The notes under the pieces were generated by a model that did not search any database, was not told the DNA's origin, and was given only the letters and a program-made list of their open reading frames with translations. Positions 57,096 to 64,000 of a stretch of DNA of 64,000 bases are shown here, one piece after another. The translations under genes and the position numbers were made by a program. The first letter of the stretch is position 1; each line of letters begins with the position of its first letter. The stretch covers positions 1-64,000 of IMG/VR virus record IMGVR_UViG_3300020442_000005. One strand, 5' to 3'.

Positions 57096-58580
57096 ATGAC
57101 AATTTGCCTAATAACTCCACCTTCGCCATTTCTTCTTGATGAACGCGTATTTATGCATTTGGGCATTTTAAAGGTCGCATCATCATTAGAAGCCCGCGGG
57201 CATAAAGTAGATTTTCTGGACCTCTCCGGTATTGACAATTATATAGATGTTATCACTGATTATTGCAAATCAAGGTCCGGTGTTACATTTGGTATCACAG
57301 CCACAACTCCACAAGTGCCCTTTGCTGTTAATGTATCGCGACAAATAAAGCTTTGCATGACAGATTCTAAAGTAATACTTGGCGGCCCGCATGTTACTTT
57401 AATGCATACTGCCGCTAAAAGAGAGGCAAAGAGAGGACTAGACAAGTCTGATCGAGCGTCGGTTGAAATTAGTAATTTAATTAACTTGTTTGATGTACTA
57501 GTTTGCGGTGATGGTGAACTATCTATATTTGAAGCGTTAGAAATTGACAAGGGGATTATCGATGCAGATGATAGAAAATCCAAATATTTTCTGTCAAATC
57601 AAGATTTTTCTGACCTGCCATTACCAGCGCGTCATCTAGTTGACGTTGAGTCATACAAGTATGCAATTGAAGGCAAAAAATCAACTAGTTTAATCGCTCA
57701 ACTTGGCTGTCCTTTCAAGTGCTCGTTTTGCTCTGGGAGAAACTCGCCATTTTTAAGAAAAATTAGACAAAGAAGTTCAGATTCAATAATCGAAGAAATG
57801 AAGCATCTTTATCATAACTACGGATACACCGGTTTTATGTTTTACGATGATGAGTTAAACGTAAACAAGGGTTTAATTGAGCTGCTAAATAAAATAACCG
57901 ATTTACAAATGGATCTCGGAGAAGAATTTCGACTACGTGGGTTTGTCAAAGCCGAACTATTTAAAGAGGAGCAAGCAGCTGCAATGTATAGAGCCGGCTT
58001 CCGATGGTTACTTACGGGATTTGAGTCAGGCGATGAGCGTATCTTAAAAAATATTAAAAAAATGGCAAAGAAAGAAGACAACACACGCGCAGTTGAGATT
58101 GCCAAAAAACATAATTTGAAGGTCAAGGCACTGATGTCAATAGGCCACGCTGGAGAAAGCTATGAAACAATTCAAAACACAAAACAGTGGCTGCTCGACG
58201 TTGAGCCAGAGGAGTTTGATTGCACAATAATTACAACTTATCCAGGGTCACCATATTTTGATGACGCCGTAAAAAGAAAAGACGGAACATACGTATATAC
58301 ATCAGACTTGACTGGTGACAAGCTGTATCAGTCTAGCATTGACTACTTATCAGAACTTGACTATTACAAAGGCGACCCGGACGGAGGATACGTTTCATAC
58401 GTTTGGACTGATCATATAAGTGCAAAAGATTTGGTTACGGCGAGAGATGAATTGGAAAGAGATGTACGTGACCAACTAGGCATAAAGTTTAATCCTGCAA
58501 ATCCAGCTGCAAAGTACGAGCATTCTATGGGTATGGGAAATATTAATATTCCAGAACACATACTAAGGAGATCAAAATGA
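57096..58580 (+). CDS. B12-binding radical SAM protein
   Basis: LG.LKVASSL, ILGGPH, GDGE, GCPFKCSFC, FYDDEL, GFESG. Confidence 0.93.
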   Translation: MTICLITPPSPFLLDERVFMHLGILKVASSLEARGHKVDFLDLSGIDNYIDVITDYCKSRSGVTFGITATTPQVPFAVNVSRQIKLCMTDSKVILGGPHVTLMHTAAKREAKRGLDKSDRASVEISNLINLFDVLVCGDGELSIFEALEIDKGIIDADDRKSKYFLSNQDFSDLPLPARHLVDVESYKYAIEGKKSTSLIAQLGCPFKCSFCSGRNSPFLRKIRQRSSDSIIEEMKHLYHNYGYTGFMFYDDELNVNKGLIELLNKITDLQMDLGEEFRLRGFVKAELFKEEQAAAMYRAGFRWLLTGFESGDERILKNIKKMAKKEDNTRAVEIAKKHNLKVKALMSIGHAGESYETIQNTKQWLLDVEPEEFDCTIITTYPGSPYFDDAVKRKDGTYVYTSDLTGDKLYQSSIDYLSELDYYKGDPDGGYVSYVWTDHISAKDLVTARDELERDVRDQLGIKFNPANPAAKYEHSMGMGNINIPEHILRRSK

Positions 58581-59257
58581 TTGACGTAATCATGCCAGCA
58601 TATCTACCGACCAAAGGTCATCATGACATGCTGTTGCGCGCTATTAAATCTTTAGAAAAACAAACATATAAAGATTTTTCTGTTATCGTCGTTTTGAATG
58701 GATGTTATACAGAATATAACACGATAATAGAATCTGTTGATTCTCCGCTTAGAATTACTTGGCTGACAATAGACGGAAAAGCATCGGGTGCTATTGCTCG
58801 TAATTTTGGCATCAACCACTCAAAAGCTAAGTACATTGCGCAGCTAGATGCCGACGATCAATACCATGAAGACAAGTTAAAAATACAATATGAGTTTTTT
58901 AAAAATAACAGTAGCTACGACTTTGTCGGCACTTTGGCAGCGGACTATTACGGACCGGACGATATTAGAGCTTCAATTTTTGACCCGGGTCAATTTCAAA
59001 CCCATATGCAGATATCTCGAGGATTGCTTTTGCAAAACATAATGTGTCATGGTTCAATCATGTTTAAACGAAGTGCGTTCTTACAGCTTGGTGGATATGT
59101 TGAAAAATATAAGCCAGGCGATGTTTGGCCTGAATATAATCGAAGAATGTGGGAGGATTGGGATTTATGGAAACGAGCTATACAAAACGGCTACAGGTTC
59201 TATAATATCCCAGAAAGACTGTATTATTGGTCGACTAACACTAGCGTCGAGAGGTAA
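58577..59257 (+). CDS. GT2 glycosyltransferase
   Basis: DVIMPAY, ARNFGI, LDADD, EDWDLW. Confidence 0.92.
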   Translation: MIDVIMPAYLPTKGHHDMLLRAIKSLEKQTYKDFSVIVVLNGCYTEYNTIIESVDSPLRITWLTIDGKASGAIARNFGINHSKAKYIAQLDADDQYHEDKLKIQYEFFKNNSSYDFVGTLAADYYGPDDIRASIFDPGQFQTHMQISRGLLLQNIMCHGSIMFKRSAFLQLGGYVEKYKPGDVWPEYNRRMWEDWDLWKRAIQNGYRFYNIPERLYYWSTNTSVER

Positions 59258-59260
59258 ACG

Positions 59261-59935
59261 ATGTATGATGAGCAACGAAGAGCAAATGAATCTTATTTAT
59301 GGAGATTCTTAGGACAGGAATATAGAAGATTTGATTATGGTCAAACAGTCGATAGCAACTATGGAAACGTATATACAGGGCTAATTTCAAAAGATCCAGT
59401 TTTCCTAGATTTAGGCGCTTTCAAAGGTAATTGGTCAAAAGAAATGGTGACTAGATACGGTGGTTGCGCGCATCTGTTTGAGGTGCAGCCTAATCTAGTT
59501 AAAAGACTCAAAGATGACCTAGGCGACGATATGCGATATACAGTGTATGACTATGGATTAGCACCAAAAAACGAACTAATTGATGTTGGATCGTACGATG
59601 ATGGAGAAGGTTTTAGTTTATCGAAACCAAAATCCGTTGGAATCTCAAACAAAGTCGAGCTTAAGTCATTTAAAGATTTTGTGGAACAAAACAACATCAA
59701 AGAAATTGACGTTTGTAAAATAAACATTGAAGGTTCAGAATACGATCTACTCGAAAACATGATTGAAAACAACTTGCATATGCTTTGTAGGAATATACAG
59801 GTTGAATTCCATAGGCAATATCCAGTACCAAACTGGTACAATAGATACAACTCAATCCGGAACAATCTATTGAAGACGCATACGCCAACTTTAGACTATT
59901 ATTTTTCTTGGCAAAATTGGTGTCGAAAAGATTAA
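59261..59935 (+). CDS. FkbM-family methyltransferase
   Basis: LDLGAFKG, FEV, KINIEGSEY, QVEFH. Confidence 0.88.
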   Translation: MYDEQRRANESYLWRFLGQEYRRFDYGQTVDSNYGNVYTGLISKDPVFLDLGAFKGNWSKEMVTRYGGCAHLFEVQPNLVKRLKDDLGDDMRYTVYDYGLAPKNELIDVGSYDDGEGFSLSKPKSVGISNKVELKSFKDFVEQNNIKEIDVCKINIEGSEYDLLENMIENNLHMLCRNIQVEFHRQYPVPNWYNRYNSIRNNLLKTHTPTLDYYFSWQNWCRKD

Positions 59936-59956
59936 TCACGCGTTAGGAGTAAATAA

Positions 59957-61183
59957 ATGAGTACTAGAGACGTAGCATCCCAGATCAAATACGTAGGTGG
60001 CCTGACATTGCCAGAGATGCTTAATACAGCAAACCCAGTCTGGGTTCAGGCAGCTGAAAACACTATCAACCTCATGAACAGAAGACAGTTTTCCGAAAAC
60101 CCTGATCGGAAAAACGTTACTATATGTTATAACAACATGGGTCGTGACATGGGAGATTTAGGCAATCAGCTGTTTCAATTAGCGTTTCTTGTTGGTATGG
60201 CTAAAGTTAACAAAACTTCTTTTAAGATTCCTAATGGAAATTCGCCATACTACAAAGAAAAGGGAGTAAAATTAAATTGTTTTGATATTCCAGAGCATTT
60301 ACTTCACGATATTCCTCTTACGGAAAATACGGTCAACCTGTCAGAAAAATCATTTAACTTAAGAGACGAAACATTATCAATGTTTTATTGTACGGCTCAC
60401 TATCTAGGAATACTTCCAAAAAATTGCAACATTAATATCTTCGGGTTTTTTCAAAACTACATGATAGCTGACTATTTGGATGATGATCTCCGAAAGCTCT
60501 TAACATTTAAAGAAGAGCATGAACAAAGAGCAGAAGATTTTATTAAGGCGCTAAAGTCAAAATACAAAGACCCGGTAGCTTTTGTACATGTGAGACTTGG
60601 TGACCAAAAGGACGACGAGGTCAACCACCCTGTACTAACAAAAGAGTATTACGACATTGCTTTTAAAAAATGTTTGGATTCAAACCCTAATACAAAGTTT
60701 CTTATAATTTCAGATGAGCCAGAAGACTGTAAGAAAATATACCATGGTCCGCAGTTTATTTATCAGAATGATATTTTTGAAAAAGAAATTAGTGACCATA
60801 GAACAGAGCAGGATTTGAAATCGTATTTTTCGGCACCCGTAGATCTATGCATTATGTCAAAAGCAGAAACTTTAATAATGGCAAACAGTACTTTCAGCTG
60901 GTGGGGAGCCTGGCTAGCAAAAGACGCTAAGATATATGCGCCAATCAGATCGAGATGGTTCGGTCAGGCCTTGAATTTTAAACCAATGACTGATTTTTAT
61001 CCCCCAAGATGGGAAGAGATTTGGTTTCCACAAATAGAAAATGCTAAATTTAACAAATCGCAGACATATATGATTCCTATTTTTGGAGATGATCGATCAC
61101 CAGTGAGTTTTGACGAGCTAGGATTATTGAAATCAGAACAAGAAATTGATAACTTTATTATTAAGGCAATGCAATTGCATTAA
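59957..61183 (+). CDS. GT11 alpha-1,2-fucosyltransferase-like protein
   Basis: GDLGNQLFQ, HVRLGD, ISDE, NSTFSWWGAWL. Confidence 0.92.
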   Translation: MSTRDVASQIKYVGGLTLPEMLNTANPVWVQAAENTINLMNRRQFSENPDRKNVTICYNNMGRDMGDLGNQLFQLAFLVGMAKVNKTSFKIPNGNSPYYKEKGVKLNCFDIPEHLLHDIPLTENTVNLSEKSFNLRDETLSMFYCTAHYLGILPKNCNINIFGFFQNYMIADYLDDDLRKLLTFKEEHEQRAEDFIKALKSKYKDPVAFVHVRLGDQKDDEVNHPVLTKEYYDIAFKKCLDSNPNTKFLIISDEPEDCKKIYHGPQFIYQNDIFEKEISDHRTEQDLKSYFSAPVDLCIMSKAETLIMANSTFSWWGAWLAKDAKIYAPIRSRWFGQALNFKPMTDFYPPRWEEIWFPQIENAKFNKSQTYMIPIFGDDRSPVSFDELGLLKSEQEIDNFIIKAMQLH

Positions 61184-61198
61184 ACGTAAGGGTTGAAT

Positions 61199-61864
61199 AT
61201 GAAAAAATTAAATTATAATTCTTCTAGATACAGATTTGCAGAGATAGTTTGCGAGCATTTTAAAGTTACTTCTTTAGAAAATTTACATATTGAAAGGAAA
61301 GACTTACTGCCACAAGAAAAATTAAACTTTGAAAATGAAAGCAAAACAAGATATCATGATCATTTTTACTCAAGGTTACGATCTGGCTGGGATGAAATAA
61401 CAACAGCGTATGAGACTTTTATAAAAAACGAAATAAAACCATTAGTTAGAGACGAGTTTGTATATCAAGCGTTTCCTACTGTGCGTTTTCATATTCCAGG
61501 TGATCAGGCTATACATTATTGGCATTACGATTCCGATGAAGATCATCGACACCCAGAAGGTGAAATTAATTTTCAAGTTGCATTAACCAATATACATGAT
61601 ACACAAGCCATGTGGATAGAATCAGTTCCGGGATTGGGGGATTATTCTCCAATGAATATGTCGTACGGCGAATATTACGTATTTAATGGCAACAAATGCA
61701 CTCATGGAAATAAATGTAATGAGACTAATAAAACAAGAGTAAGTTTTGATTTTAGAATATTGCCTTTAAAAAAGTACGAAAATTATTTAAAATCAAACAC
61801 AAATAAAAGTTCAGCAACAATGGACAGAAAATTTATTGTTGGAAGCTATTATTCAAAATTTTAG
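61199..61864 (+). CDS. 2OG-Fe(II)/StrG-like oxygenase
   Basis: YQ.FPT.RFH.PG, HYD, HGN..N....RVSFDFR. Confidence 0.75.
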   Translation: MKKLNYNSSRYRFAEIVCEHFKVTSLENLHIERKDLLPQEKLNFENESKTRYHDHFYSRLRSGWDEITTAYETFIKNEIKPLVRDEFVYQAFPTVRFHIPGDQAIHYWHYDSDEDHRHPEGEINFQVALTNIHDTQAMWIESVPGLGDYSPMNMSYGEYYVFNGNKCTHGNKCNETNKTRVSFDFRILPLKKYENYLKSNTNKSSATMDRKFIVGSYYSKF

Positions 61865-61874
61865 TGGGGATTAA

Positions 61875-62453
61875 ATGAGTACAGATGAAAAAAAACACTA
61901 TACATACGACTATTGGTTTAAAAACGATTTTCACAAATCATGGCATGAAGGTGGCGAAGAATATTACGTTAACCGATTTTATGAAGACATAGTTTTTAAT
62001 CTAGATATTCCGAATGAAGGATATATAGTTGTTTTAGGCACTTACAAATGCGTTTCTTTCGAAAAGCTGTGTAAAAAGTATGGCGCGGAAAGATGCATAG
62101 GGTATGATTTACATAACCCTACTAATCATCCAAGAGTAATTATAAAAAACGGTTTGGAGTTATCATCTGAAGACAATATCCCAATCGCGTTCTGCCATAA
62201 TGATTTTGGTGGTTTTCAACATACACCAAAGCTGAAAATCCACGGTCAGAAGTGGGCTGCCCAGAATATTATACCGGGAGGCTATTTTTTAGGCAACAGT
62301 AGCCAGAATAGCATAAATTTTGACATTGAAAAGTTAATGTCTGACATTGGTTTTGTTAATACACGATTGGTGGATTTACCACCAGAAAAGTTTAATTTAT
62401 CTAATCTACCAGAGTTTAGACATCATTCTTATATGCTGTCAAGGAGAAAATAA
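61875..62453 (+). CDS. Hypothetical protein (possible degenerate SAM-binding fold)
   Basis: VVLGT..IGYDL; weak support. Confidence 0.55.
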   Translation: MSTDEKKHYTYDYWFKNDFHKSWHEGGEEYYVNRFYEDIVFNLDIPNEGYIVVLGTYKCVSFEKLCKKYGAERCIGYDLHNPTNHPRVIIKNGLELSSEDNIPIAFCHNDFGGFQHTPKLKIHGQKWAAQNIIPGGYFLGNSSQNSINFDIEKLMSDIGFVNTRLVDLPPEKFNLSNLPEFRHHSYMLSRRK

Positions 62454-63116
62454 ATGTGGGCAGAGTTAAATGAAGTGATACCGCTCTTATCAGAACAAGG
62501 ATTTGTAATAAATGACCCATGGGACGTAGTAAAAGCTTTTGAGAAAAAAGTTGCAAACTACGCTGGAGCTAAATACGCAATTGCGCTCGATAATTGTACG
62601 AATGGTTTATTTCTGTGTTTAAAGTATTTAAAACATGAAGGCAAAACAATCGAAATACCTGCGTGTACTTATATTTCAGTTCCCTTTGCAATTATTCATG
62701 CTGGCTGTAAACCAAAGTTTGTAGACAAAGAGTGGTCAGGTAAGTATGAACTAGGAGACACTAACATTATTGATGGCGCCACAAGATTTTCCAAAAACAT
62801 GTATGAACCAGGAACTTTTCACTGTTTGTCTTTTCATTTAAAAAAAGTGTTAAAGTTGGGCAAAGGTGGCATGATTTTAACTGATGATAAAGAAGCCTAT
62901 GATTGGTTTCAGTCCGCATCAAAAATAGGAAGACATGTTGATCGATTATATAAAGACGACTACTTTGACATTGTTGGTTGGAATATGTTTATGCCACCCG
63001 AGCAGGCAGCAAAGGCGATTTTATTGTTTGAAAATCTAGCCGATGAAAATGCTGATGCTGGTGGCTCTAGTACATATCATGATCTTAGAAAACACAAAAT
63101 TTTTAGAGAATACTAA
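62454..63116 (+). CDS. Short DegT/DnrJ/EryC1/StrS aminotransferase-like protein
   Basis: AIALDNCTNGLFL, PACTY.SV, LSFHLKK, GKGGMILTDD. Confidence 0.85.
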   Translation: MWAELNEVIPLLSEQGFVINDPWDVVKAFEKKVANYAGAKYAIALDNCTNGLFLCLKYLKHEGKTIEIPACTYISVPFAIIHAGCKPKFVDKEWSGKYELGDTNIIDGATRFSKNMYEPGTFHCLSFHLKKVLKLGKGGMILTDDKEAYDWFQSASKIGRHVDRLYKDDYFDIVGWNMFMPPEQAAKAILLFENLADENADAGGSSTYHDLRKHKIFREY

Positions 63117-64000
63117 TGCAAAACGTTTACCTCTTTGAAATCAACGACATTCTTGCAAATCAAGCAAAATTGCCATATTCTACTGGCTTGATTTGGTCTT
63201 ATTGTTCAACGATACCTGAAATAGATAATGCTTATACCTTGGGAAATCTTTTCTTTTGGCGTCAAAGCACAGAAGATTATTTGAAACAAATAGAAAATCC
63301 GTCAGTTGTGGGTTTTAGTTGTTTTGTGTGGAATTGGACTAGCAACATCGAGATGGCAAAAGCAATTAAAGATAAATACCCTGATTGCTTAATTGTATTT
63401 GGCGGATGGCAAGTTCCTATGTCTGATCGTATACAAGGGTTTTTTCGAAAGCATCCGTACGTAGATATAGCAGTGCATGGCGAAGGTGAGCTTACATTTG
63501 CTGATATTTTGCTGGAAAACTTAAAAGGATTTCCTGAGTGGGAAAAAATCGAGGGATGTTCTGTTCCATATAGAATGCTACATAACAAAAAATCGATTAA
63601 TAGAATTGTAGATCACGGTTTGGTAACAAAAAAAGAAATATTCGCAAAATCTTACAAACCTCTTGATACGTTCACAACAAAACCAAGAGCAAGAATAAAA
63701 TCAATTGCATCGATGCCGTCTCCTTACTTAGATGGTTTATTTGACAGATTAATTAAGGACTGTAACTATGATTTAGAAGCTACGTTTGAAACGACGAGAG
63801 GGTGTCCGTATGCATGCACATATTGCGAAATAGGAACAAAATATTATCAAAAAATAAAATACCATGGATTAGAAAAAATATATGCTGAGATAGACTGGAT
63901 GTCAGAAAACAAGGTAGTATTTGTTTACAATGCCGACTCTAACTTTGGCATGTTAAAGGATCATCTTCCAATTACAAAATATCTTGTAGACAAAAAAAAG
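63116..64000 (+). CDS. B12-binding radical SAM protein, 3'-truncated by the window (absent from the ORF track)
   Basis: TAATG coupling; open frame MQNVYLFE..LPYSTGLIWSY..FGG..HGEGE..ETTRGCPYACTYC (63803). Confidence 0.9.
   Translation, partial: MQNVYLFEINDILANQAKLPYSTGLIWSYCSTIPEIDNAYTLGNLFFWRQSTEDYLKQIENPSVVGFSCFVWNWTSNIEMAKAIKDKYPDCLIVFGGWQVPMSDRIQGFFRKHPYVDIAVHGEGELTFADILLENLKGFPEWEKIEGCSVPYRMLHNKKSINRIVDHGLVTKKEIFAKSYKPLDTFTTKPRARIKSIASMPSPYLDGLFDRLIKDCNYDLEATFETTRGCPYACTYCEIGTKYYQKIKYHGLEKIYAEIDWMSENKVVFVYNADSNFGMLKDHLPITKYLVDKKK

Noticed and set aside
198-63588. Numerous 60-205 aa ORFs antisense to or nested in longer genes (e.g. 4573-4980, 8745-9197, 19535-19966, 36775-37392, 44373-44969)
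   Set aside because: They are shadows of well-supported CDSs or of the tmRNA, with no RBS or family motifs
1-64000. Stop-codon reassignment (TAG/TGA), as in some large phages
   Set aside because: Known proteins are full length in code 11, and TAG and TGA both end genes at tight junctions (e.g. 3387, 28120, many ATGA overlaps)

Overview
The window is about 64 kb of AT-rich, very gene-dense DNA in standard code 11. Almost all genes are on the + strand and many are translationally coupled (ATGA/TAATG overlaps). It reads as a segment of a large/jumbo tailed-phage genome. This is an inference: no capsid or terminase gene is in the window, but it carries a tmRNA, Hsp20, PIN-PhoH, thymidine kinase, tail-fibre-like proteins, isolated host-type metabolic genes and many hypothetical genes. 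Order of content: exported vWA lipoprotein and matrixin; tail-fibre-like gene (- strand); large HExxH protein; ferredoxin, tk and tmRNA; a tandem array of small unrelated proteins that share one N-terminal leader (MK[IL]T[RK]RQL[RK]xII[RK]E), reminiscent of a capsid-targeting signal; a complete two-component cassette (2 His kinases, a receiver and a membrane coiled-coil protein); a ligase-like/HxGH fusion; Hsp20; a MoxR-type AAA with a DUF2201-type vWA protein; PMM, aldolase, iscU, DinG, glyA; a YeaH-SpoVR-PrkA module; an apparently ATPase-dead GroEL; Hc1; a stand-alone sigma70 region-4 mini-protein; PIN-PhoH; a 1985-aa fibre; and a >14 kb glycan-modification island that runs off the right end. 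Sequence-level signals include a recurrent NTGTA-N17-TAWWAT promoter class and an apparent ~3-fold CCGG excess. All family calls come from motif recognition by eye; no searches were run.
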